Assembly (NCBI GenBank): GCA_027319565.1
Contig: DAHVNA010000002.1
Span: 1 to 64,000, forward strand
Reading direction: 5' to 3'
Source of the DNA: Elusimicrobiota bacterium
GTDB lineage: Bacteria > Elusimicrobiota > Elusimicrobia > UBA1565 > UBA9628
DNA length: 64,000 nt
Below the pieces are notes generated by a model, which worked only from the letters and a program-made list of their open reading frames with translations, was not told the origin of the DNA and searched no databases. The stretch's first letter is position 1; every line of letters starts with the position of its first letter. A program made the position numbers and the translations under genes. Below, in pieces: positions 9,805 to 23,176 of the stretch.

Positions 9805-10579
9805 CCTCGGCTTCATCAAAATCCCGACCTACGGGGTTTTAGTCGCCTTAGCCTATATTTCCGCCGTCTTTTGGGTTAAGCGGAAAATCTCAAAAATGCC
9901 CGGCATGACCGAGGAAAAGTTTTGGACCTTGATTTACGGAATTTTTTTTGGAGCCATCCTCGGGGGTAAACTTCTTTTTATTTTGGTTGAGTGGAACGCG
10001 TTTCGCTCCGGCGAACTGAACTTTTTTAGAGATTTCCGCTATGGCTTCGTTTTCTACGGCGGATTTATCGGCGGAATCGTCGCCGCCATTTTCTTTTTAA
10101 AGCGCTTTAAAATTCCATTTTTGCCTTCAGCCGATTACTTCGCATCCGCATTGCCTTTGGGGCAAGCCATCGGACGCTGGGGATGTTTGGCCGCCGGGTG
10201 TTGCTACGGAAAACCCACGCAACTTCCCTGGGGAGTGCGCTTAGGCGGAAGCCCGGCCAGCGTCACGCCTCCGGACCTGTGGGGAATTCCCTTGCACCCG
10301 ACCCAACTCTATGAATCCGCGGCGGATTTCTCCATTTTCCTTTTTATCTCGTTTTGGCTGATTCCGCGCATCGAAAAAAAAGAAATCAAGCCTGGGACCG
10401 CGTTTTGGACCTATATGCTGACCTACGCTTTCGCGCGCTTTTTAATTGAGTTTGTCCGCGGAGACGATCGCGGATGGTCTTTTATGTCCTTATGGGTGTC
10501 GCAATGGGTCGCTTTGGGATGCTTTTTAGCCGCCTTAATCGCGCTCGCCAAAAACGGAATTAAAACCCAAAATGTCTGA
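9785..10579 (+). CDS. lgt: Prolipoprotein diacylglyceryl transferase, copy 2
   Basis: PTYG, GFVFYGG, GRWGCLAAGCCYG, HPTQLYE, RFLIEFVRGD. Confidence 0.9.
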   Translation: MHPILLNLGFIKIPTYGVLVALAYISAVFWVKRKISKMPGMTEEKFWTLIYGIFFGAILGGKLLFILVEWNAFRSGELNFFRDFRYGFVFYGGFIGGIVAAIFFLKRFKIPFLPSADYFASALPLGQAIGRWGCLAAGCCYGKPTQLPWGVRLGGSPASVTPPDLWGIPLHPTQLYESAADFSIFLFISFWLIPRIEKKEIKPGTAFWTYMLTYAFARFLIEFVRGDDRGWSFMSLWVSQWVALGCFLAALIALAKNGIKTQNV

Positions 10580-11519
10580 GGCGCGCTCTTTTACTTTTAT
10601 CTGTGAAACTCCGGGTCTGAGACTTGACCGCTTTCTCGCCGCCCGCCTGACTGATTATTCACGCACCGTCTTAAGGACATTCATCGAAGACGGAAAGGTA
10701 TTAGTCGATGGCCGCGCGCAAAAACCCAATTTCAAACTCAAGAGCGGAGAGAAAATTGAGGCTTCTTTTTCGCTTAACTCCTGGCCTTCTATTAACGCGG
10801 AAGACTGGATTCTCCATGAAGACCGGGACATCATCGTCATCAATAAGCCCGCGGGAATCATCATGCATCCGTTAAACAACTCCTGGCTCAATAATCCCGA
10901 AACCGTTCTCTCGGAAAAAGAGCCCAGCATCGCCGGAATTTTCTACCGCTTAAGGCCTCAAATCGCTAAAAAGAAAGTCTCTAGACTCGGAATCGTTCAC
11001 CGGCTTGATCGCCAAACCAGCGGAGTTCTTCTGCTCGCCAAAAACGAGGAGGCCGAAAAAAATCTGCGCCGACAGTTCAAGGAGCATCTCCTTCAAAAAA
11101 CATATCTCGCTATTACCAGGGGGAACCCCCGGCAGAAACGCCTGCGGGTGACAGCCCCTATTGGTCACGCCGGGATGTCCCGCAATTTTGTCGCCACCCC
11201 ATTTGGAAAACCCGCCGAAACGGGATTTAAAATTTTAAAATCCGCGCCTTATGCCGCCTTAATCGAAGCTCGGCCCCTGACCGGCAGAACACATCAGATT
11301 CGCGCGCATTTAGCCTTCGCGGGATATCCGGTCGCCGGCGATTTTCTCTTTGACAAAGAATCAGAATCTCCCGCGCCGCCAAGACTGATGCTCCACGCCT
11401 TTGAAATCACACTCTCTCATCCGGGCGCCCGCAAAGAGGTTTCGTTTCGCGCGCCGATTCCCGATGATTTTAAAGATTTCTGGAAGCTCTGCCTTAAAAA
11501 AAAGGACAAACCCTCTTGA
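10572..11519 (+). CDS. rluD: RluA-family pseudouridine synthase with S4 domain (RluD-like)
   Basis: RLDRFLA S4 start, INKPAG, HRLDRQTSG catalytic motif, TGRTHQIRAH. Confidence 0.88.
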   Translation: MSEARSFTFICETPGLRLDRFLAARLTDYSRTVLRTFIEDGKVLVDGRAQKPNFKLKSGEKIEASFSLNSWPSINAEDWILHEDRDIIVINKPAGIIMHPLNNSWLNNPETVLSEKEPSIAGIFYRLRPQIAKKKVSRLGIVHRLDRQTSGVLLLAKNEEAEKNLRRQFKEHLLQKTYLAITRGNPRQKRLRVTAPIGHAGMSRNFVATPFGKPAETGFKILKSAPYAALIEARPLTGRTHQIRAHLAFAGYPVAGDFLFDKESESPAPPRLMLHAFEITLSHPGARKEVSFRAPIPDDFKDFWKLCLKKKDKPS

Positions 11520-13027
11520 GAAAAACATCGGGATTCATATTGATTGCCTGCTTGTTTTTATCGGCGCGGGCTTCCGCCAAGGACCTGCGCATTTTTATTT
11601 ACCACACCAATGATATTCACGGTTGGATTCTCGCCCGGAGAAACTCGCGGAAAAAGCTCATTGGCGGCGCGGATGTTTTAGCGAGTTATTTCAGAAAAGC
11701 TCCAGGCCCAAAACTTTTGATTGATGCCGGAGATTGGTTCCAAGGAACCCCGGAGGGAAGCCTCACCAAAGGAAAAGCCCTTGTCTCCATTTTTAACGCC
11801 ATTCCCTACGACGTAGTCGAGGTCGGCAACCATGATTTCGATTTCGGAGAAGACCAGCTCAAAACCTTGGTTCATGCGCTCAAAATGCCGGTTTTAGGCG
11901 CCAACGTCTATTCTAAAAAAACCGGAAAAAGGGTTTCTTATCTAAAGCCTTTTATCATCAGAAACATCTCCGGAGTTAAAATCGGCATTTTCGGGCTTTT
12001 GACGACGAATATGCCCAATCTCACCTTTCATAAAAATATCGCGGGACTTCAATTCAGGCGCGAAATCGACGAAGCCAAAGACGAAGTTCGGGATTTAAAA
12101 AGACAAGGCGCGACCGTCATTATCGCCGTCACCCATGTCGGCATTCAAACTCCCAAGAGCGCTCCCTTTGAAGACGACCGCTTTATCGCTTCTCACGTCT
12201 CCGGAATTGATCTCATCGTCGGCGGCCATTCCCATACCTTGTTACCCAAAGGGGTTCGCGATCCCATTAATCACACGCTGATCGTTCAGACCGGAAGCTA
12301 TCTCACTCATGTCGGCCAGGTGACTTTATGGATAAATCCTCTGACCAAAAAAGTCGTTCGCTCAAAAGCGCGCGTCATCAAAATCAACCCCCGAAAAATG
12401 GGCTCCGATCCCCAGGTGCGTCAAATTCTCGCCCGCTATCAAAAAGAAATAGGCAAAAAAATGAGCCAAGTATTAGGAGAGTCCCCGCGCAGGCTTAAAA
12501 GAAATTTCGCTCGAGAATCGGCCCTGGGAGACTGGGCGGCGGATTGTCTGCGCTCCTGGGCCAAAACCAATATCGCCTTTCAAAACAGCGGCGGTTTGCG
12601 CGCCGATTTGCCTCAAGGCCCAGTCACCTGGCGAGATATTTTCGACCTGATGCCGTTTGACAACTATATCACGACAATGAGCCTCAGCGGCAGGCAAGTC
12701 CAAGAAATATTAGAACAGGGAGTCAGCGGCAATCAGGGGATGATTCAAGTTAGCGGAATCCGTTTCAAATACAACCCCAAGGCGCCCGCCACAAAGCGAG
12801 TGGAAGATATTTGGATCGATGAAAAACCGCTGGTCTTGGGAGCTTCCTACAGCGCGGCGACGCTCAATTTTTTAGCCCAAGGCGGCGATGGCTATAAGAC
12901 ATTTCAAAACGCAAAAAACTCGACGACCGAACCGACCCTTGTTCGCGATGTTTTTGCCATCTGCGCGGAAAAATCCCTATCTGCCCGGCACAAAAAACGC
13001 ATAACCCCAGAATCAAGTTCGCGCTAA
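11516..13027 (+). CDS. Secreted bifunctional 5'-nucleotidase/UDP-sugar hydrolase
   Basis: Signal peptide; HTNDIHG, DAGD, GNHDFD, GGHSH, NSGGLRA, PFDN, GGDGY. Confidence 0.92.
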   Translation: MRKTSGFILIACLFLSARASAKDLRIFIYHTNDIHGWILARRNSRKKLIGGADVLASYFRKAPGPKLLIDAGDWFQGTPEGSLTKGKALVSIFNAIPYDVVEVGNHDFDFGEDQLKTLVHALKMPVLGANVYSKKTGKRVSYLKPFIIRNISGVKIGIFGLLTTNMPNLTFHKNIAGLQFRREIDEAKDEVRDLKRQGATVIIAVTHVGIQTPKSAPFEDDRFIASHVSGIDLIVGGHSHTLLPKGVRDPINHTLIVQTGSYLTHVGQVTLWINPLTKKVVRSKARVIKINPRKMGSDPQVRQILARYQKEIGKKMSQVLGESPRRLKRNFARESALGDWAADCLRSWAKTNIAFQNSGGLRADLPQGPVTWRDIFDLMPFDNYITTMSLSGRQVQEILEQGVSGNQGMIQVSGIRFKYNPKAPATKRVEDIWIDEKPLVLGASYSAATLNFLAQGGDGYKTFQNAKNSTTEPTLVRDVFAICAEKSLSARHKKRITPESSSR

Positions 13028-13048
13028 AGTCGGAGAAAAACGAACTTA

Positions 13049-13057
13049 TGCTAGAAT
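13049..13057 (+). promoter_or_regulatory. Extended -10 promoter (TGcTAGAAT) for the leader ORF/TonB operon
   Basis: TG-N-TAGAAT 16 nt before ATG 13074. Confidence 0.5.
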
Positions 13058-13073
13058 CGCCTTTAGACTAACC

Positions 13074-13343
13074 ATGAAGCGCATTCTCTTGTTGATTTTG
13101 ACCTTGGGGTTTTTTGCTTGCATTGGAATTGAATCTTTCCATCACCACCTTCAAAAAAGCGGGGCCGATTGCCCCCTCTGTTTGGTCAAGGCTCAAATTC
13201 ACTCCCGCGCCCCGCTCCATCACGTTCCAAAACCTCTTACCGCGACGTTCGAACAGCCAATTGAAAGCGAAAATTTTGAAATCCCGATCTTTCGCCGCCT
13301 CTACGATTTAGCGGCGCGCGCTCCCCCCAGCGCGCACGCCTAA
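13074..13343 (+). CDS. DUF2946/CruR-like leader protein (TM, HHH, CxxC, C-terminal RAPP)
   Basis: MKRILLLILTLGFFACIGIESFHHH...DCPLC...LAARAPPSAHA; directly upstream of a TonB-dependent receptor. Confidence 0.8.
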   Translation: MKRILLLILTLGFFACIGIESFHHHLQKSGADCPLCLVKAQIHSRAPLHHVPKPLTATFEQPIESENFEIPIFRRLYDLAARAPPSAHA

Positions 13344-13417
13344 AATTCTCAAAACTAAAGACTCATAACGCCTTCATTGGCGCTAGCGATTTAAAAACAT
13401 CCGTTTAAAAGGTAAAT

Positions 13418-15769
13418 ATGCGAAAAAAAAAGAAGATTTTAACGGCTCTTTTACTGATCAGCCTTGTTCGTTCAAGTTATAGCGACATGTTTTCAGGAAC
13501 TGTTTATAACGACGAAAATAAACCCTTGTCAAATGTCCAGGTGACCGTTCCGGCCCTCCAAAAAGGGGTTCTCACGGATTCATCGGGAACTTTCCATATC
13601 GATCTACCGCCGGGAAATTACGCGATGGGGTTTCATCGCTTGGGATATGCCGATCATTCTGAGACCATTTTTGTCCCAAGCCCGGTCCCTGTTAAGGTGA
13701 CGCTGAGCGAAAGCGCCTTGGCGGCCCAACCTATCACCATTTCAGCGGAACCCACGCCCAGCCCGGTTTTGACTACCCCCGCCAATGTCACCGTTCTTCA
13801 AGGGCATCAGTTGGAGCAACAGGGCCGGGAAAATGTCATGGATGCGATTAAAAACGAGCCGGGCGTTAATCTCATCACCGTTGGTCCCAGCGTCTCAAAA
13901 CCTTCCGTCGACGGCCTCAACTCCGAGGACATCGTCATTGTCGAAGACGGGGTCAGAAGCGAGTCGTTGGCCTGGGGCGAAGAGCACGCCCCCGAAATAG
14001 ACACATTGACCGCGGACCGCATTGAGGTTTTGCGCGGAGCCGCAACGCTGATGTATGGTTCCGACGCGCTGGGAGGGGTTATCTCGGTCAACAAAGCTCC
14101 TCTGCCTTCGGCCGCGTTAGGAGCCGGGCCTTTATCGGGAAAGATCGTTACCGATGTTGAATCGGTCAATCAAAGCGCGGCGCAAGGCGTGGTTTTACAA
14201 GGGGCGAAAGGAGACTGGGGCTGGCGCACCGACATGAGCGAACACCAGGCGGGAAATCTCTATACTCCCAATGGAACTATCGCCAATACCGCCTCCAAAG
14301 AGGTCAATGGCTCAGGTGAAATTGGAGTCACCAAGGATTGGGGAAACGTCACGATGGATTACAGCCATTTCACGAAACACCTGCAGCTGGATGAATCCGC
14401 GACTCAGCAGGACAATGAATTCCAAGACTTGGCGCACGACAATGCCTCAATTCACGCTAATATTAAAACCGACGGGCTTTTTAATTACGAAGTCATTGCC
14501 GGATACGACCGCGCCGACCGCGAAGAATATAATGGATACCTTAACAGCAATAGCGGGGTAGGGGGATTTTCCGCTCCTCCCGCGCTTGAAGCCAATTGGA
14601 TTGAGACAAGCTACACAATGAACCTCAAAGCCCATCAAAAACAAATCGGCCCGTTCCAGGGAACCTTTGGATTTACGTCGGATAATAAAACCCAACTCGC
14701 CGCCGGGATTGACCAGTTGATTCCGACCACCGCGTGGAATGAATACGGGGAATACGGCTATGAAGAGGCGCATTTTGGATCGGTCAAATTGACCGCCGGA
14801 ATTAGAGGCGATGAAAACCAGCTCAACGCCGACGCCTATCAATCCGCCAACATGACGTCGACAGCGGGAACATTCCAGCCAAATGGGACGACTCTGACTA
14901 ATGCCGCTGTTGCCGCCGCCAACGGACTGAGCTCCATCCAGTCGCAAACCCGCATCTACGACGCGTTTACTGGAGCCGTCGGTGGAGTTTGGCATATCGC
15001 CAAACCATTGGCCTTTGCCGTCAATGTGGGACGCGGCTACAGAAATCCCGATGAGTTTGAACTCTTCGCTTTTGGAGAACACGAGGGAACCGGCCAATTC
15101 GCGGTAGGAAACCCCAATCTTCAACCCGAGATTTCTTTGGACTCAGACGCCTCTTTGCGCTGGGTTTCTTCTCACTTTCGCTCAAACATCGACTTTTTCC
15201 ACAATCAAATCAACAACTATATCTACGCAGTTCCCACCAGTCAAGAATTGACTGATGTCTATACGGGAAACAAACTTCCCGTGTTTCAAACCACCCAGGG
15301 AAATTCTATCCTTCAAGGGGCTACGGTTCGCTTTGACGAAGACGCGCTTGATTGGCTAACCCTCAACGAAGGCTATGACCACATTAGCGCCGAAAACATA
15401 TCGACCGGGCAATCAATTCCCTTTATTCCGGCCGACCGCTTCTTATTAAGCTTTAAGATTCACAAGAAAAAATGGGGCGATTTCTATCACCCCTATTTCG
15501 GAGCCAATACTCACATTGTGCTGGCTCAAAACCAGCCTGGGCCGCCGGGAAACCAAATTGATACGCCCACCGGCGGATACACGATATTCGGCCTCAGTTT
15601 CGGATGGAGAATCTTAGTCATGCAAAACCCGCTCAGCTTTGATTTCGGCGCCGACAACCTACTCAACAAAGCCTACGCCGATTCCATGAGCGTCTATGAC
15701 AAACAATTCGGCTTTGTCGAGCCGGGGAGAAACCTCTACATGAAAGTCTCCGTTCCTTTTGGAAGCTAA
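13418..15769 (+). CDS. TonB-dependent receptor with N-terminal carboxypeptidase-regulatory-like domain (probably metal-related)
   Basis: Signal peptide; plug region WGEEHAPEID...RIEVLRGAATLMYGSDALGGVI; GEHEGT, GNPNLQPE, C-terminal PGRNLYMKVSVPF. Confidence 0.93.
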   Translation: MRKKKKILTALLLISLVRSSYSDMFSGTVYNDENKPLSNVQVTVPALQKGVLTDSSGTFHIDLPPGNYAMGFHRLGYADHSETIFVPSPVPVKVTLSESALAAQPITISAEPTPSPVLTTPANVTVLQGHQLEQQGRENVMDAIKNEPGVNLITVGPSVSKPSVDGLNSEDIVIVEDGVRSESLAWGEEHAPEIDTLTADRIEVLRGAATLMYGSDALGGVISVNKAPLPSAALGAGPLSGKIVTDVESVNQSAAQGVVLQGAKGDWGWRTDMSEHQAGNLYTPNGTIANTASKEVNGSGEIGVTKDWGNVTMDYSHFTKHLQLDESATQQDNEFQDLAHDNASIHANIKTDGLFNYEVIAGYDRADREEYNGYLNSNSGVGGFSAPPALEANWIETSYTMNLKAHQKQIGPFQGTFGFTSDNKTQLAAGIDQLIPTTAWNEYGEYGYEEAHFGSVKLTAGIRGDENQLNADAYQSANMTSTAGTFQPNGTTLTNAAVAAANGLSSIQSQTRIYDAFTGAVGGVWHIAKPLAFAVNVGRGYRNPDEFELFAFGEHEGTGQFAVGNPNLQPEISLDSDASLRWVSSHFRSNIDFFHNQINNYIYAVPTSQELTDVYTGNKLPVFQTTQGNSILQGATVRFDEDALDWLTLNEGYDHISAENISTGQSIPFIPADRFLLSFKIHKKKWGDFYHPYFGANTHIVLAQNQPGPPGNQIDTPTGGYTIFGLSFGWRILVMQNPLSFDFGADNLLNKAYADSMSVYDKQFGFVEPGRNLYMKVSVPFGS

Positions 15770-15793
15770 TCATTCAATTGATACAATGTAAAA

Positions 15794-16852
15794 ATGATTT
15801 TATCGCAAGCCCGACCTAGAACGGCGCTCTTTTTCTTTTTTATTCCGATATTGTCTCAAGCCGCTTTTGCGGATGGGTTTAGTTATGACGAAAGCCCGCG
15901 CCATATCGCCCCCATTCCCATTCCCGGCGCGACCACCGGCGTTGGATTTGACGACATGCAGTTTTCTCTCCCCCTTAAAGAGGTGTTGGTTCCGGGGGGA
16001 CGCATGGGAGATCTCTTTTTTGTCAATCCCCAAAGCCATGCTATTTCCGAGATTGGAGGATTTAGCGTCCATCTGGAATATTACGGCGGCCATAACGAGG
16101 GCGTAACCTCGGCCGACTCCAACAAGCGCTTTATCTTCGCCACCGATAGAACCTCAATCAAGCTCAGCCTCATTGACGCTAAATCGCGAAAAATAATCGC
16201 CTCCGTCCCCTTGGCGGGGGAGCCGGATTATGTCCGCTACGTGTCTTTCAACGATGAAGTTTGGGTCACGGAGCCGCGGGATGAGCGTATCGAAATTTTT
16301 TCAATTGAGCCCCGCAAAGACCCTCCCCTTAAACACTTAAAATTCATCCCCATCGAAAACGGCCCGGAATCTCTCGTGATTGACAATAGAAACCGCAAGG
16401 CTTTTACCAATTCCGTCTCCAGCGAAACTTTAGAAATCGATCTTAAATCGGAAAGCGTCATCGCCCGCTGGCCCAATCATTGCGTGAATTCTCACGGACT
16501 TGCTTTGGACCCTAAAAAACAATTTGTCTTTGTCGGCTGCGCCGAAGGAAAAGCCGAGACCTTGGACGCCGCTCACGGAGGAAAAATCCTCGGAGAAGTT
16601 CAATCGGGCAGAGGAGTCGATATCATCGCCTATAACCCTCTTCTCTCGCATCTTTATATGCCAGGTTCCAATAGCGGAACGATGGCGGTCATTCATGTGT
16701 TGGGCAATGGCGGACTCTATGTGGAACAAACCATGCCGACAACCCATGGCGCCCATTGCGTGACGGTCGACGACCATGATGGAGTTTGGATTTGCGATCC
16801 CAGGCAGGGTCGGCTTTTGTTTTTCCAAGATTTACATACTCCGATTGAGTAA
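15794..16852 (+). CDS. YncE-like secreted beta-propeller protein
   Basis: Signal peptide; repeated GFDDM, GEPDYV, GPESL, SHGLALD, GVDII, GAHCVTVD blade motifs. Confidence 0.75.
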   Translation: MILSQARPRTALFFFFIPILSQAAFADGFSYDESPRHIAPIPIPGATTGVGFDDMQFSLPLKEVLVPGGRMGDLFFVNPQSHAISEIGGFSVHLEYYGGHNEGVTSADSNKRFIFATDRTSIKLSLIDAKSRKIIASVPLAGEPDYVRYVSFNDEVWVTEPRDERIEIFSIEPRKDPPLKHLKFIPIENGPESLVIDNRNRKAFTNSVSSETLEIDLKSESVIARWPNHCVNSHGLALDPKKQFVFVGCAEGKAETLDAAHGGKILGEVQSGRGVDIIAYNPLLSHLYMPGSNSGTMAVIHVLGNGGLYVEQTMPTTHGAHCVTVDDHDGVWICDPRQGRLLFFQDLHTPIE

Positions 16853-16878
16853 GATTATGTCAAAACCAAGGAGAGAAT

Positions 16879-17499
16879 ATGGGGCATCTTGAATTTTTGC
16901 AGTCACTGGCCGCCTCCGGAGGAAATTGGGTTATTTATCTTCTGCTGGGGTTTTCCATTCTCTCCGCCGGAGTGATTTTGGAAAGAGTGATCGTCATCTT
17001 AAGGCAAGAGCGTTATCAAAAAGAAATCCTGCCGCAACTGGATCAGAAATTAGAGTCTCAACAGCCAAAAACAATTCTTGAGATTTTAAAGCCGGAATCG
17101 GTCCTGTATCCATTGATCGAGGATTTAGTCGAACATGCCTCTCGCGGACGAGAGATTCTCAATGAGCGCCTGGAAACCGGGCTGACCCTCCAAAAACGCA
17201 GGCTTGAAAAACGCGTTCTCATCTTGGGCACGCTGGGAAATAACGCCCCTTTTATCGGCCTTTTGGGAACGGTTCTGGGAGTCATTCACGCCTTTCAAAG
17301 TCTCGCCGCCTCCGCCGGTCAAGGTCCGCAAGTCGTCATGGCGGGACTAGCCGAAGCCTTGGTCGCGACCGCGGTCGGCATCATGGTCGCCCTTCCCTGT
17401 GTCGCGTCTTACAACTACATCCAGAAAAAAATCAAGGATATCTTGATAGACGCCGATCAATTCGGAAAACAATTCATTTTAAACGTCGCCGATAAATAA
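16879..17499 (+). CDS. exbB: MotA/TolQ/ExbB proton channel
   Basis: LGTLGNNAPFIGLLGTVLGVI, GLAEALVATAVG. Confidence 0.92.
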   Translation: MGHLEFLQSLAASGGNWVIYLLLGFSILSAGVILERVIVILRQERYQKEILPQLDQKLESQQPKTILEILKPESVLYPLIEDLVEHASRGREILNERLETGLTLQKRRLEKRVLILGTLGNNAPFIGLLGTVLGVIHAFQSLAASAGQGPQVVMAGLAEALVATAVGIMVALPCVASYNYIQKKIKDILIDADQFGKQFILNVADK

Positions 17500-17900
17500 T
17501 GGCTGGAATCAACGAAAACGAAGAGTCGATTACCGGAATCAACGTCACTCCGTTGGTCGACATCGTCCTGGTTTTATTGATTATTTTCATGGCCACCGCG
17601 CATTTAATCGCCCACCGTTCTTTAAACCTAAGCTTGCCCCGGGTCGCTCATTCACAAGAAACCCCAACCCCCAGCCAACACGTCACTCTTTCAGCCGATA
17701 AAACCCTTCGCTTAAATCAGGTCAAGGTCACTCCCGAAGAGCTCGCGCTCAATCTCGGGCAGATGGCTCATGCTGACCCCAACGTCAAGGTGACCTTGGG
17801 CGCGGATAAACAGGTTTCCTGGGGCGATGTCGCCCATTTGCTCGACTTGCTTAAAGGCGCCGGCGTTTCCAAGGTCGCCACCGAAGTCGAACCCAAGTAA
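17499..17900 (+). CDS. exbD: ExbD/TolR biopolymer transporter
   Basis: INVTPLVDIVLVLLIIFM, GADK. Confidence 0.93.
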   Translation: MAGINENEESITGINVTPLVDIVLVLLIIFMATAHLIAHRSLNLSLPRVAHSQETPTPSQHVTLSADKTLRLNQVKVTPEELALNLGQMAHADPNVKVTLGADKQVSWGDVAHLLDLLKGAGVSKVATEVEPK

Positions 17901-17901
17901 A

Positions 17902-18582
17902 ATGCCTTTTTTGCGCGAATTCAAATCCCATTTTTGGGATGAGGATACCCTGCTTTGGAAAATGCTGGCTTTGTCGTTTTTGCTCCACGTGATTCTATTC
18001 AATTTGGGAAAAATTTCCTGGACGCCAGCGGGAAAACCAACGATGGAAATTGACCTAACCTCAACAGTGTCCTTGGGACCTCTAAAAAAATCGGGGACGC
18101 CCCATGCCGCGGCTAAACCCGCCCCTAAAAAGGAATGGGTCAAACCCTCTCCACAACAGAAGTCTTTTCCGGCGCCAAAGCCGCAATCGACTCCGGCGGA
18201 AATTCCCAAGCCCACGCCAAACCCCTTAGCCTCAAACAATGCAGGTTCCGGATCCGCCTCTTCCGGAACCGGTATTCAAGTCTCAAGATACCCCCAATTG
18301 GTTAATCTCAATCAGCTTCAGGCTCTCCTCAAAAAATTCTATCCGGAAGAGGCTCGGCTAAAGCATATTGAATCCACCGTCGTCTTGGATATTCATTTAG
18401 ACGCCTCCGGGCATGTCGTCAAGGTGGACCTCGTCAAATCCGGAGGCTCTGATTTTGACGCGGCCGCCATCAAAGCCGCCAAACTCCTTCGTTTTACCCC
18501 CGCCTATGTTGGAGACAAGCCCGTCGCGGTCAAAATCCGCCAAGCCATCTCCTTTAAAATCGGAGCCGACAATGGAGATTAA
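17902..18582 (+). CDS. tonB: Energy transducer TonB
   Basis: Likely start ATG 17902; TM with SxxxH (SFLLHV), Pro-rich linker, YPEEAR...FDAAA...FTPAY C-terminal domain. Confidence 0.9.
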   Translation: MPFLREFKSHFWDEDTLLWKMLALSFLLHVILFNLGKISWTPAGKPTMEIDLTSTVSLGPLKKSGTPHAAAKPAPKKEWVKPSPQQKSFPAPKPQSTPAEIPKPTPNPLASNNAGSGSASSGTGIQVSRYPQLVNLNQLQALLKKFYPEEARLKHIESTVVLDIHLDASGHVVKVDLVKSGGSDFDAAAIKAAKLLRFTPAYVGDKPVAVKIRQAISFKIGADNGD

Positions 18583-18618
18583 TTCTATCCAAGCGTTTCC
18601 AGCGAGGAAAATGATACA

Positions 18619-19619
18619 ATGAAATCCGAAATGTTCCCCTCGACTGAGGAGAGACGTAAGCTCAAACAAATTCCCCGACGATTCAAGGATCGCCGTATTT
18701 TGGTCATCGGCGACGTGATGTTGGATCATTATATCCGCGGGAGCGTTAGCCGTTTATCTCCCGAAGCTCCGGTGCCTATTGTCCAAGTTAAAGAAGAATC
18801 TTTTGTTCCCGGGGGAGCCGGCAACGTCGCCTCCAATCTCGCCGCCCTTTTAGCCAAGGTCGAGGTAATTGGGGTAATAGGAGAAGACTCTTCCGGCGCT
18901 GAGCTTCAGTCGCATTTCGCGAGCTTAAAAATCGCAACCACAAGCCTCATTAAAGATTCCGCGCGAGTCACCTCCCAAAAATGCCGGGTGGTCGCCGAAA
19001 GGCAACAGGTGGTTCGCTATGACCGGGAGTCTATTTCTCCGGTCGCGGGAAAAACCGAAGCCCTGATTTTGTCTCAAATTCAATCGGAAATAAAAAAATC
19101 CGAGGCCGTCATTTTGTCGGATTACGGCAAGGGAGTCTTGACCCCGAAAATTCTCAAAACCGCTATCTCTCTTTCGCGCCGGGCCCAGATTCCCGTCATT
19201 GTTGATCCTAAAATCGAGCATTTCAAAAGATATCGCGCCGTCTCCTGCGTGACGCCCAATCTGCACGAAGCCTGGAACGGCATGCGGCGCGTCCCTAAAC
19301 CCGGAGAAAAAGAACTGGAAAAACTAGGCCGCGATATTATTAGAACCCTCAACTCCGATTCGGCTTTAATCACCAGGGGCCCCGAAGGAATGAGCCTTTT
19401 TCAAAAATCCAAGCCCACCGTTCATGTCCCGGCCCAAGCCCGGGAAGTTTTCGATGTCAGCGGAGCCGGAGACACCGTGATTGCGACCCTGACCCTGGCC
19501 TTGGCCAGCGGCGCGTCAATGACCGAGGCCGCTCTCCTTTCTAACTACGCGGCGGGCATCGTGGTGGGGAAATTGGGAACCGCGACCACGACGATAGAGG
19601 AGATCGAGAGCATCATCCC

Positions 19620-19623
<4 letters not shown>
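18619..19623 (+). CDS. rfaE1: D-glycero-beta-D-manno-heptose-7-phosphate kinase (stand-alone RfaE domain I)
   Basis: GDVMLDHY, RLSPEAPVP, GGAGNVA, SDYGKG, TPNLHE, DVSGAGDT. Confidence 0.92.
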
Positions 19624-22831
<3,208 letters not shown>

Positions 22832-22835
<4 letters not shown>

Positions 22836-23176
22836 AATGCCCGAACTGCAACCACGACAATAAAGACAAGGCGAAGGTCTGCAAAAAATGCGGACGGGAA
22901 ATGTCCTTGCCGCCCGCCTGGTTTCCGGACGCAAAATGGCATTTAAAAACCCTTGGAATCATCTATGTTTGCGTCACCGCCTTTTATTACACGGTGACCT
23001 TTCTTCTCAAGCAGCTCCCCAGGCCCTACGATATCCGGAAAATCCCCATTGAGGTGACGCCTTGGCTCCGCAAGGGACCCAAATACCTGGAAGAAGATCA
23101 GTTGGCTCCTCCTCCCGAGTCATCCCCGGCGCCCGCAGCCTCGCCAATGCCTTTACCCCCTCCCTCTCATCCGTGA
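22832..23176 (+). CDS. Zinc-ribbon membrane protein
   Basis: MKCPNC...CKKCG, one TM, Pro-rich tail; translationally coupled on both sides. Confidence 0.75.

Noticed and set aside
13423..13431. A9 run at the start of the TBDR gene as a phase-variation tract
   Set aside because: It encodes the Lys-rich signal-peptide n-region, and A runs are common throughout this sequence.
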